From Vicinamibacterales bacterium (lineage in GTDB: Bacteria > Acidobacteriota > Vicinamibacteria > Vicinamibacterales > UBA8438), in assembly GCA_965223015.1 (NCBI GenBank), contig CBDCVL010000004.1, positions 310,687-374,686 of the forward strand: DNA of 64,000 nt, given 5' to 3'. Under the pieces are notes generated by a model. That model saw nothing but the letters and a program-made list of their open reading frames with translations, did not search any database and had not been told where the DNA came from. A program made the translations under genes and the position numbers. Shown one piece after another: positions 47,491 through 55,753 of this stretch. Numbering within the stretch: the first letter of the stretch is position 1; every line of letters starts with the position of its first letter.

Positions 47491-47538
47491 CTGATCGGCT
47501 TAGAAGGCCGATGCTCTATCCAACTGAGCTACGGGCGC
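47491..47538 (-). tRNA. truncated tRNA-Arg(TCT): acceptor 5' strand, D-arm and anticodon arm only
   Basis: The reverse complement reads GCGCCCG-TA-GCTC-AGTTGGATA-GAGC-A-TCGGC-CTTCTAA-GCCGA-TCAG. The following bases (GCCTGACCAGAAACCTC..) cannot form a T-arm or an acceptor 3' strand. Confidence 0.6.
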
Positions 47539-47705
47539 TCATTGGTCGCAAGGCCTAGTTTATCAGTGAGTTACCGGCTGTGTAGCCTTCATTATTGGTT
47601 CCAGGCGCTCGATGAGCCACACGGCGGACGAACCAAGGCGAGACCTCAAAACGGGACGGAGCAGTCAGTGGCCCGCCGCAAGCCTCCACTGAAAGTCCTG
47701 ACCGA

Positions 47706-49877
47706 CTACTTCGCCAAGGGGTCGGGACGCACTTGGAAGTGAATGAGCTTGTTCTTCTGCCCCTTGCCTCCCTCGATGTGCCACATCACCTGGCCGGCGT
47801 AGGCTGACCAGAGCCCGCGACCCTTCCAGCCGGCGTCCGGGTCGTCGATGCGTCCATCCATCCCCTTCGGGTGGAACCCTATCGGATACGGCACCCGGAG
47901 CATCACCATCTGGCCGTCCGGCAAGGTGGCCTTCAGCGAATCCGAGTTGTTGCCGAGCGCGAACGGGACGTTCTCGCCGAGTCCGGCCGTATTGAACTGG
48001 TCCACGAAGGTGTAGTAGTTCGAGTCCGTACTGCCCGATCCCTCGACGCCCTTGAAGTTGGGTCCCGGCTGATCGTAGAAGGTCCAGCCCTCGGCGCAGT
48101 GCTGGCCGGTGGCCGTCGGGCCGTTGGTGACGGTGCACTTACTCCGGTCGAAGCTCGCCATGTAGCCGGCACCCGTGCCGGCCCAGAGGATGCCGTTCCT
48201 GTCGATGTCGATGCCGCGCGTACCCCAGACCTCGACCGGTGCCTCGGGGTTCATGTAGGGCAGCGCGTAGAGTTCGGTCAATGCGGTCTCCGGCGGGGTC
48301 TCTCCCGGCACCACGCGCATGATGGCGCCCGGCGCGGCCGCCGAGGTCACCACCCAGATCGAGCCGTCGGCTGGGTTCGGGATGATGCCGTAGTTCATCA
48401 AGGCAACCCGGGTGTCCTTGGCGGCGTCGGCCGGGTCGCCTGGCTCGACGTACGCGTCTTGGGTGCCGTTCCCGTTGGTGTCGAGGATGAACGGCATCCA
48501 GCCTTGCGAGGCCTGCACGTCCCCGGTCTCTTCCCACGTGCGGGTGTCGAAGTACCCAAGGTTCTGGCCGAGCGTGCTGAACCAGAGGACGTCATTCTGG
48601 TCGAACTGCACGTGGTGTGTTCGGTAGCACGTATCCAGCGCCGTCCACTCCTCCGTGGCGGGGTCGAACATCGAGAGCTGCCGGCCGCTGAAGGAAAGCG
48701 GATACTTGCTGGCGGACGGATGGCTCGAGCCCTCCTTGCACCAGTCGGGGTTTGCCGACGGGCGCACGTTGGAGGTGATCCAGACGCGGTCGCTGGTATC
48801 CATCATCAGGCTGTGCGCGCTGGTGCGGCTCGTGAACACCGCCTCCTCGCCCCACGCGGGCGACGGCTGCATGCTTCGCTGCGACCATGCGAAGTCCGGG
48901 GGGTTCTCCGCATCGAGGAACGGCGGCATCACCTGCACGGTCACGTGGGTCGTCGGGTCGAGTACGGGCATCGTGTCTGAGCTGTACTCTGTGCCACCGT
49001 AGATGGGCCCATAGCCGTTGAGGGTCGGGTTTCGCTTGTCGGTGCTGACGCTGTCGTGGACGAACTGGCGGCCATCCATTCCCCAGTCCCACATCGACAG
49101 GACGAGGTGACGCTCGACGCCTGAAGGCCGTGGAGGCTGTGGTGGAAGCTCGCCACCTGCGATCCGATCTGTCCAGTCGGCGAACATGTCGATGGCCCGC
49201 GCGCGTCCGAGACGGCCGAGGAGGCTGTCCATGGCCGCACCGCTCTGGCCCGAGAGCACCCGCCGTTCCCAGGCCTCCCGTGTGCTATCAAAGGTGCCCA
49301 TGTTCTGCGGCATCTCCCGCGTCGCTTTCGTCCCCATCTGATGGCAGACGACACAGCCGTTGAGTGTCAACTCGCCGAGGTAGTGTCCCTGGCTCTTCAT
49401 GCTCGACAGAATCAAATTTCCGGCCGGCCCGGTGCCGGGAAAATCGCTCGCCGGCGGAGGCTCGAGGAGAGAGTACCAATAGTAGGCCGGGTAGACCTCT
49501 GCGGCAGCCTCCGGGCTGGGAGCGACCATTGCCGTCAGATCGAGCGGGGTGCCTGGCGTGGCCACGACTGGCGACGAGTCCACCAGACCGTAGCCGCGCA
49601 CCCAGATGGAGTATGTGGCCTCGGGGAGGTCCGGCAGCACATACTGGCCCTCGTCATCGGTCACCACGATCTTGCGATAGCCGGTTGGGAGATCGCTGGT
49701 CTCCGCAATGACCCAGACACCGGCCTCCGGGCCGTTGGTGCTCGTCACGACGCCCCCGATGTCGTCGCTGTCAAGAGGCACGGCAGGCACATCCACCCCG
49801 CCGGTGCACGACGGCACGGCGAGGAGCGCGACAAAGCCGACCGCCAGCGCGGGCCACCCAGAACTCGCTCTTCTCAT
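47706..49877 (-). CDS. lipoprotein with a carboxypeptidase-regulatory-like domain, one CxxCH haem-binding motif and a large beta-rich C-terminal region
   Basis: The real start is the ATG at 49877 (MRRASSGWPALAVGFVALLAVPSC lipobox). GVWVIAETSDL.....VTDDEGQYVLPDLPEATYSIWVRGYG is CarboxypepD_reg-like. LNGCVVCHQMG is also present. Confidence 0.7.
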   Translation of the reverse strand: MRRASSGWPALAVGFVALLAVPSCTGGVDVPAVPLDSDDIGGVVTSTNGPEAGVWVIAETSDLPTGYRKIVVTDDEGQYVLPDLPEATYSIWVRGYGLVDSSPVVATPGTPLDLTAMVAPSPEAAAEVYPAYYWYSLLEPPPASDFPGTGPAGNLILSSMKSQGHYLGELTLNGCVVCHQMGTKATREMPQNMGTFDSTREAWERRVLSGQSGAAMDSLLGRLGRARAIDMFADWTDRIAGGELPPQPPRPSGVERHLVLSMWDWGMDGRQFVHDSVSTDKRNPTLNGYGPIYGGTEYSSDTMPVLDPTTHVTVQVMPPFLDAENPPDFAWSQRSMQPSPAWGEEAVFTSRTSAHSLMMDTSDRVWITSNVRPSANPDWCKEGSSHPSASKYPLSFSGRQLSMFDPATEEWTALDTCYRTHHVQFDQNDVLWFSTLGQNLGYFDTRTWEETGDVQASQGWMPFILDTNGNGTQDAYVEPGDPADAAKDTRVALMNYGIIPNPADGSIWVVTSAAAPGAIMRVVPGETPPETALTELYALPYMNPEAPVEVWGTRGIDIDRNGILWAGTGAGYMASFDRSKCTVTNGPTATGQHCAEGWTFYDQPGPNFKGVEGSGSTDSNYYTFVDQFNTAGLGENVPFALGNNSDSLKATLPDGQMVMLRVPYPIGFHPKGMDGRIDDPDAGWKGRGLWSAYAGQVMWHIEGGKGQKNKLIHFQVRPDPLAK

Positions 49878-50009
49878 GGTCTCCTTCTCGGAATTGAGCC
49901 CGGCGCCCCGCTGGCGTCGAACTCGAGCCGCTAGTCCAGTCGAGAGCGCCATCCTACACCCATCCCAACCGACCGGGTTGCGCTGAGCCGTCTTACCGAA
50001 AAGCGCACG

Positions 50010-50565
50010 CACTGGGGGTGGGCTTCCGATGGCCGCCTGTTGTTCGACACCTTTGAAGGCGACATTGGTGTGGTCACCGTCGACGGCGAACCGACAGTGG
50101 AGATACTGCTGGAGACGGAATTTCAAGAGGAAGCTCCGGCGCTGTCCCCAGATGGTCGGTGGCTGGCCTACCAGTCGGATGAATCCGGCCAGCCGGAAAT
50201 CTACGTCAAGCCGTTTCCGAATGTGGACGGCGGTCGGTGGCAAGTGTCGACGAATGGCGGCTACCGTCCGGTGTGGTCACCAGAGACGACGGTTGTTCTT
50301 TCCCCAACTGACCCCCTTGAGACTCATGGTGGCCAACGTTGAGACGGACCCGACCTTCGGCCGGGGTACACCGACAGAAACGTTCGACCTATCGGCGTAT
50401 GAGCTAACCGGGGGTGGCCGACGCTACGATGTCGCCCCAGACGGAGAGCGCTTCATCTTGCGGAAGGCTGGTGGGCAGGTGCTGGCGGACGGCGACACAT
50501 TTAGCGGTTTGATCTTCGTCCAGAACTGGTTCGAGGAACTCAAAGAGCGAGTGCCCATTCCGTAA
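50010..50565 (+). pseudogene. C-terminal fragment of a TolB-like beta-propeller (kinase-associated type), frameshifted
   Basis: Frame 1 (50040-): ..LSPDGRWLAYQSDESGQPEIYVKPFPNVDGGRWQVSTNGGYRPVWSP. After a shift near 50280-50290, frame 2 reads ..RRLFF.....MVANVETDPTF..G.P...F......RRYDVAPDGERFILRK........LIFVQNWFEELKERVP-stop. No N-terminal part is present. Confidence 0.65.
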
Positions 50566-50568
50566 CTC

Positions 50569-50676
50569 ATGCCCCTCATCCCCGGCACCACCCTTGGCCC
50601 ATATGCCGTCACCGCCAAGATCGGCGAAGGCGGGATGGGGGAGGTGTATCGAGCCTGCGACACGAAGCTCGACCGA
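50569..50676 (+). repeat. Ser/Thr-kinase 5' stub, copy A
   Basis: MPLIPGTTLGPYAVTAKIGEGGMGEVYRACDTKLDR, then unrelated sequence. The ATG lies 3 nt after the preceding stop. Confidence 0.75.
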
Positions 50677-50752
50677 ATCTCCTTCACAGCGCGACAACAG
50701 AGGTTTAGGCTGCAGCTCAGCGTGAGGTAGGCTCCGCGCTCTAGCGTTGTGC

Positions 50753-51556
50753 CTATTCGAGTAGTGCCAAGACTGAACCGGTCGACGCATTGGCCTGGGC
50801 CAGGGCGGCGATACCGCTCTGGTTCAGGATGCTGAACCGGGTGAGGTTGGCCGACTCCTCTGCGATGTTTGCGTCACGGATACGGCTCTCGGCCGCGCGG
50901 TTGTTCACCACCTGGTTCCGAACGAGGCTGATCGCGAAGTTGAGACGGTTCTGAATCGATCCGACGGTGCCCTGTTCGATTCCAAGGTTCGTGATCGCCG
51001 CTGTCACCGTGCTAACGGCGGTCTGCGCAGCCGCCTGGCTCGTCAGTACCCCACCGGCCAGTGTCAGACTCGTCGTGGTGACCGCCCCGATCGACCCGGA
51101 GATCACACCGTTCGCGCCGTTGTTGCTCACGAACACCGAGAAGCCAGACGCCGTGTCGAGATTCGCCACGGCTGACTCCCGCGTGATCTCGCCCAGGATG
51201 TCCTGGAACTCCGCGTTCAGTGTCGTCCGGGTGGCGTCGGTCGTGTGACCCGAAGCCGCCTGCGTCGCCAGGGTGCCAAGCCGGTCAATCAACGTCGAGA
51301 TGTTGTTCAGCGCTCCGTCCTTGATCTGGAGTGTGGACAGCCCGTCGTTGGCGTTCCGCATCCCCTGGTTGAGGATCGCGACGTCGCTGCGAAAGGCGTT
51401 CGCAATCGCGAGTCCAGCCGCATCATCACCCGAAGAGTTGATCCGCAGGCCGCTGGACACCCGCGTCAGGGCTTGTCGCAGCCCGATGTTGGTCACGTCC
51501 AGGTTGGCCTGGGCGTTGACCGAGGCGATATTGGTTACGACTGAAAACGATGCCAC
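50753..51556 (-). CDS. fliC: flagellin (short form, no hypervariable middle domain)
   Basis: 267 aa. GTG start with AAGGAGG 9 nt upstream. N-terminal SFSVVTNIASVNAQANL...RVSSGLRINSSGDDAAGLAIA and C-terminal ..IRDANIAEESANLTRFSILNQSGIAALAQAN. Confidence 0.9.
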   Translation of the reverse strand: MASFSVVTNIASVNAQANLDVTNIGLRQALTRVSSGLRINSSGDDAAGLAIANAFRSDVAILNQGMRNANDGLSTLQIKDGALNNISTLIDRLGTLATQAASGHTTDATRTTLNAEFQDILGEITRESAVANLDTASGFSVFVSNNGANGVISGSIGAVTTTSLTLAGGVLTSQAAAQTAVSTVTAAITNLGIEQGTVGSIQNRLNFAISLVRNQVVNNRAAESRIRDANIAEESANLTRFSILNQSGIAALAQANASTGSVLALLE

Positions 51557-51616
51557 AAACCTACCCCTCCTTGAACGTGCCGGCCGTGGACCGTTTGGTC
51601 CCGCCTGTCATCCTGG

Positions 51617-51624
51617 TTATCGGG
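51617..51624 (-). promoter_or_regulatory. sigma28-like -10 element (CCCGATAA) upstream of the flagellin gene
   Basis: The reverse complement of TTATCGGG resembles the GCCGATAA consensus, about 60 nt upstream of the start. I could not find a correctly spaced TAAA -35 element. Confidence 0.25.
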
Positions 51625-51789
51625 CGGCCACCGGTTTCTGCGTGAGCTTTCGAGATACCGACGACCTCCTCGCGCAGCGGGGGATCACGTCAAGAGCGTT
51701 CGTGCGCCTCCCATGGGTCATTCTGTGCAGCCTGATGGAGCCATTGACCGCTTGGGCATAGAATGACCTCGATCTCAACCTAACAACTC

Positions 51790-51925
51790 ATGGCCCTCGA
51801 TGTCGGCTCTCGACTCGGCCACTACGATTCCGGTACCACCCCTCGGCTCCTACTCCGTCACCGCCAAGATCGGCGAAGGCGGCAAGGGGGAGGTGTATCG
51901 CGCCCGAGACACGAAGCTCGACCGG
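51790..51925 (+). repeat. Ser/Thr-kinase 5' stub, copy B (composite and frameshifted)
   Basis: ATG-ALDVGSRLGHYD.. is one kinase N-terminus type. Out of frame from 51830 comes PGTTLGSYSVTAKIGEGGKGEVYRARDTKLDRDMAMRVL, then a stop. Confidence 0.75.
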
Positions 51926-52048
51926 GACATGGCCATGAGAGTCCTGCTACAGTGCGCTTGCGATTCCGTTAGCCGATGACGACGATCACGAAGCCGCTAG
52001 AGCAGATCGTTTCTGTGGCACGCGGTGAGTACAGAAAGAGAGGGACAC

Positions 52049-52639
52049 ATGCAGGCTCTGAGACTACTGGCACTGGCTGCGGTTTTGGCAGCGTTAAGCG
52101 GAGGTCCGATAGGAGCGCCCATCGAAGCGATCCAGGTGAACGAATTGACGGCCGTCATCACGACGACGAAGGGTGACATCCAGGTGACTCTCTTTCCTGC
52201 GGAGGCCCCTTTGACGGTCGCGAACTTCGTCAACCTCGCCCAGCGAGGTTACTACGACGGACTGAAGTTTCACCGGGTCATTGCGGATTTCATGATTCAG
52301 GGAGGCGACCCAACCGGCACCGGAAGCGGAGGGCCAGGTTACCGCTTCGCTGACGAGTTCAGTTCTTCCCTTCGGCACGACTCAGCTGGCACGTTGTCGA
52401 TGGCGAACTCCGGGCCGAGCACCAACGGTAGCCAGTTCTTTATCACTAATGGGCCTACCCCCCACCTGGACGACATCCATTCTATTTTCGGCAAGGTCTC
52501 CTCAGGGCAAGACGTCGTTGATGCCATCGCACAAGATGACGTGATGACGACAATTGTCATCGAGGGCGACCCTTCCTCACTCCTTGCGACGCAGAAGGAG
52601 CAGGTGGACGAGTGGAACACAATCCTGGACCGGGGGTAG
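52049..52639 (+). CDS. ppiA: secreted cyclophilin-type peptidyl-prolyl cis-trans isomerase
   Basis: ATG at 52049 with a signal peptide ([16 protein letters not shown]). [50 protein letters not shown]. Confidence 0.9.
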   Translation: MQALRLLALAAVLAALSGGPIGAPIEAIQVNELTAVITTTKGDIQVTLFPAEAPLTVANFVNLAQRGYYDGLKFHRVIADFMIQGGDPTGTGSGGPGYRFADEFSSSLRHDSAGTLSMANSGPSTNGSQFFITNGPTPHLDDIHSIFGKVSSGQDVVDAIAQDDVMTTIVIEGDPSSLLATQKEQVDEWNTILDRG

Positions 52640-52701
52640 CCGACGCTTGTCAGCCACCGGATGGCGATGTGTGTCGGGCGAGAGATACCAAGCTCGACCG
52701 G
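52640..52701 (+). repeat. Ser/Thr-kinase 5' stub, copy C (partial, degenerate)
   Basis: GGATGGCGATGTGTGTCGGGCGAGAGATACCAAGCTCGACCGG aligns with the GGMGEVYRA.DTKLDR part of copies A, B and D. It starts right after the ppiase stop. Confidence 0.45.
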
Positions 52702-52727
52702 TACGTAGAAAGGGCAGGCGGCCAGCT

Positions 52728-52919
52728 GTGAGCGGCAGTCAAACAGTCGGATCCTCGGTCGGTGTCGGTGTGGCATTGGGCGTTGCGTTCGGTGCCGCGT
52801 TCGACAATGTTGGCCTAGGTATAGCGGTCGGCGTCGCTCTTGGCGCCGCATTCGATGCAACCCGCTCATCTGGCCCGTCGGACAGAGGCAAGCCACCGTC
52901 GAGCGGTGACACGCCATGA
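52728..52919 (+). CDS. possible small glycine-zipper membrane peptide (63 aa)
   Basis: From the GTG at 52728: ..SSVGVGVALGVAFGAAFDNVGLGIAVGVALGAAFDA... Weak SD. Its stop overlaps the ATG of stub D. Confidence 0.35.
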   Translation: MSGSQTVGSSVGVGVALGVAFGAAFDNVGLGIAVGVALGAAFDATRSSGPSDRGKPPSSGDTP

Positions 52920-53023
52920 GCCTCCAGCCCGGCACCACCCTCGGCCCATACACCGTCACCGCCAAGATCGGCGAAGGCGGCATGGGGGAGGTCTATCGTG
53001 CGAGCGATACCAAGCTCGACCGG
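52916..53023 (+). repeat. Ser/Thr-kinase 5' stub, copy D
   Basis: MSLQPGTTLGPYTVTAKIGEGGMGEVYRASDTKLDR, then GRALRT-stop. Confidence 0.75.
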
Positions 53024-53056
53024 GGACGTGCTCTACGAACATAGAGGGAGAGACTC

Positions 53057-54373
53057 ATGAAGAAGACGATGTTGATCCTCGCTTGCGCGCTCCTGGTCAG
53101 CTCGATCGCGTTTGGTGACGACCTCGACGATTCAATAGAGAACGATTACGAGTCGCATCTTGCGGCCCTTTTTGAACACTTTCATCGCAACCCGGAACTG
53201 TCCTTGATCGAAACCGCAACGGCCGCTCGAATGGCAAGCGAGTTGAGAGACTCTGGATTTGAAGTGACGGAAGGCGTCGGCGGCACCGGCGTCGTCGCCA
53301 TCATGAGAAACGGGGACGGACCCTTGGTGATGATGCGCGCCGATATGGATGGCTTGCCCCTAGAAGAAAACTCGGGACTCGCCTACGCATCTGTCGCGAC
53401 CCAGGTAGATCCCATCACTGGGAACACCGTGCCCGTCATGCACGCCTGCGGCCACGATGTCCACATGACGAGTCTCATTGGCACGGCGCGGCATATGTCG
53501 GGGCATAAAGAAGAATGGTCCGGAACGCTCATGCTTCTCGTGCAACTGGCCGAGGAACGCGGGCTCGGCGCGCGCCTCATGCGCGAAGACAATGTGTGGG
53601 AACGATTCGGCACGCCTGAATACGCACTGGCGTTCCATGTGTCGGCACAAGTCGAAGCGGGCAAAGTCAATGTGTCAGAGGGAAGTCCATACGCCGGCGC
53701 AGACTCAGTCGACATCATCATCCACGGTGTGGGCGCACATGGCGCCAGCCCGCACGCGAGTAGAGATCCCATCGTGCTCGGGAGCCAAATCGTCCTGGCC
53801 TTGCAGACGCTCGTCGCTCGAGAGCTGTCGCCGCGCGAACCCGGCGTCGTCACCGTGGGTTCGTTTCATTCCGGGACCAAGCACAACATCATTTCCGATC
53901 AAGCGCACTTGCAGCTGACGGTGCGCAGTACAAGCGAGGAAACGCGCGCGCTGTTGCTCGACGGCATCGAGCGAATTGCGAAGAACATGGGACGCGTTGC
54001 TGGTCTCCCTGAGGACATGCTGCCCGAAGTCATCGTCTCCGAAGAGAGTGCTCCGCCGACGACGAATGACGCGCCCCTCGCGCGTCGGTTGCGGTCCGCA
54101 TGGATCGAACGGATGGGAGCGGAAAATGTCGTCGACCAGCCTTCTAGAGGAATGGGTGCGGAAGACTTCCCATTCTTTTCAACAGATCCGGACGTCACGA
54201 GTGTCTATTGGGCGATAGGTGGCACGCCGAAAGAGGACTTCGAACGAGAAGCTCGAGGCGGACCACCGGTGCCGACCCATCATTCGCCCCTGTTCAAGAT
54301 TTCGCCGGAGCCTGCGATACGCGCTGGTGTTGAGTCGACGATAACCGCGCTGATGAACCTGATGGGCAAGTAG
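53057..54373 (+). CDS. M20-family amidohydrolase (M20D / aminoacylase / hippurate-hydrolase-like), secreted
   Basis: 438 aa with a signal peptide. FHRNPELS, MRADMDGLP, MHACGHDVH, and HG.GAHGASPH motifs. Confidence 0.88.
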   Translation: MKKTMLILACALLVSSIAFGDDLDDSIENDYESHLAALFEHFHRNPELSLIETATAARMASELRDSGFEVTEGVGGTGVVAIMRNGDGPLVMMRADMDGLPLEENSGLAYASVATQVDPITGNTVPVMHACGHDVHMTSLIGTARHMSGHKEEWSGTLMLLVQLAEERGLGARLMREDNVWERFGTPEYALAFHVSAQVEAGKVNVSEGSPYAGADSVDIIIHGVGAHGASPHASRDPIVLGSQIVLALQTLVARELSPREPGVVTVGSFHSGTKHNIISDQAHLQLTVRSTSEETRALLLDGIERIAKNMGRVAGLPEDMLPEVIVSEESAPPTTNDAPLARRLRSAWIERMGAENVVDQPSRGMGAEDFPFFSTDPDVTSVYWAIGGTPKEDFEREARGGPPVPTHHSPLFKISPEPAIRAGVESTITALMNLMGK

Positions 54374-54589
54374 CGATCGCGGGCGTCTCGGGCTGGAGGC
54401 ACCGAACGGGTGTGACATCAAGGGGAACGTTGGAGCCCTCTTCATGCTTGCTGCGTGCAACACGTTGCACAGCCGGAAGCGTGCAAACGCCTCCTCCTGC
54501 CTTCGGACCCTCCCCTAACCATCTCTACGGTGCTGACGACGTCCTAGAGTCGTGAAAGCACCAATCCTCGCCACGTCCCCGGCAGGTCG

Positions 54590-55749
54590 TCACGGCTCCA
54601 GCTCAGCGTCTGACGACCAGGTGTGCTGACCCCAGTGGATGACGAGACCAACCCGTCCCTTGCCGCGCGAGTGGAGATACACGGCGAGTGGTCGGTCCGT
54701 GAACGGACCGCCATGCGTGTGCTCGACGTCGATCTCTACGGCGTCGAACGCCGGGTCATGTTGAGTGCCCCACGAATCGGCTTCGTGATTGAAGACGAGT
54801 CGCCAGGTTCCGCCCGTCGCTTTCAGCCAAAGTCCGTAGGAGCCGGGAAAATCAGTCGCCAGGTTGTCGGTCGGCACGAGCGTGTCTCCGAAGCGGAGTG
54901 GTAGCTCGGTTCTCAGGCGGATGACGGCCCCTCCGCTCAATTCGACCAGCTCGCCGTCCGCGGTCGTTTCGAGCGCCGCGAAGTCGCGGTGGTCGGTGCC
55001 GAGATCCTTCTGGAACAAGATCTGGATGTGGTCGCCGTCAGGGGTCATGACCGCCGTCTCGTTCCGAGCTCCGAGGGCGGCTGCTCGGTACGCCGCGCTG
55101 GTGTCTGAATCACGGGTCAGACTGTTGGCGCGTCCGACATTCGAGGTGCGCTCCGGTGGCGGCTGCCGGGGAAGGTCGAAGAACTCGAAACTGGCGCGCC
55201 AGTCGTGTGCACCCCATAGAAGCGCCAGCTCGCCAGCATCGTCACCATTCGGGACAAGTGCGACGGTCAACGTCTCGGATGTCTTGTCAGGCCGCGTCCG
55301 GTGCGTCAGTGGAATCCTGAGCGGCTCGAGTGTTGGAGCCTCTTCCGTGGCGTCTTCGGCATCAACCTGGAGAGGGCGTGCGTCGAGCGCCCACTCGCTG
55401 CCCGTGCGCGTCAGCCAGAGCTCGTGGTCTGGCCCGGATCGTGGTGACTCGCCCGCGTCGGGACTGAGGGTGCCAAAGCGCAGAGCCCGGTGTCCCCGGG
55501 GAGGTGGCCGAGTCGTACCTCTGCCTGTGTGACGTCTGGCGAGGCCGACAGCAGGAGTGCGTGTGCCGGATCGCTTGCGCGGAGCGCCGGCTCATAGCCA
55601 ACGCTGATCTGCCGTGCGGCGAGGGTCAACTCGACGCGCGCCAGGCCATCGGGCTCCTCGGCCTGCTGTCCGGCCGCCGCGGCGGCGGACAGGACAGCAA
55701 GACTGGCAACGCCGCCGATCGCAACGAGCCGGAGCCGCCGGCCGGGCAT
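54590..55749 (-). pseudogene. secreted tandem DUF2911-like protein, apparently frameshifted
   Basis: Signal peptide plus first part in ORF 55411..55833 (from the ATG at 55749: MPGRRLRLVAIGGVASLAVLSAAAAAGQ..). The continuation lies in the frame of ORF 54590..55270 (..RFGTLSPDAGESPRSGPDHELWLTRTGSEWAL.. and ..FPGSYGLWLKATGGTWRLVFNHEADSWG..). The shift falls at the C4G4 run near 55493-55500. Confidence 0.55.
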
Positions 55750-55753
55750 CCGC

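Noticed and set aside
31400-47538. Prophage or integrative conjugative element
   Set aside because: No integrase/recombinase of the tyrosine or serine type, no phage structural genes and no conjugation genes are visible. The region contains only IS transposases, defence remnants and the three-gene cassette.
47461-47545. A complete tRNA-Arg gene
   Set aside because: Only the 5' two-thirds fold. I could not build a T-arm or acceptor 3' strand from the adjacent bases, so it is reported as a fragment.
47706-50243. 845-aa version of the lipoprotein gene, and the analogous long 5' extensions of ORFs 58437..59999, 9538..10047, 13363..13782 and 61735..62586
   Set aside because: The extensions lack coding character. 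In each case a signal peptide or conserved N-terminus begins at an internal start with a plausible context.
51575-51660. Full sigma28 promoter (TAAA-N15-GCCGATAA) for the flagellin gene
   Set aside because: Only the -10-like CCCGATAA is present. The nearest GAAA lies about 10 nt upstream, which is the wrong spacing, so only a low-confidence -10 element is listed.
50569-53023. Integron-like gene cassette array or CRISPR-like array, because of the regularly spaced repeats
   Set aside because: The repeats are protein-coding kinase 5' ends of about 95 nt, not attC-type imperfect palindromes or 25-40-nt CRISPR repeats. The spacing is 0.2-1.3 kb and contains whole genes. No intI or cas genes are present. 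The observation is kept as a repeat-family finding instead.
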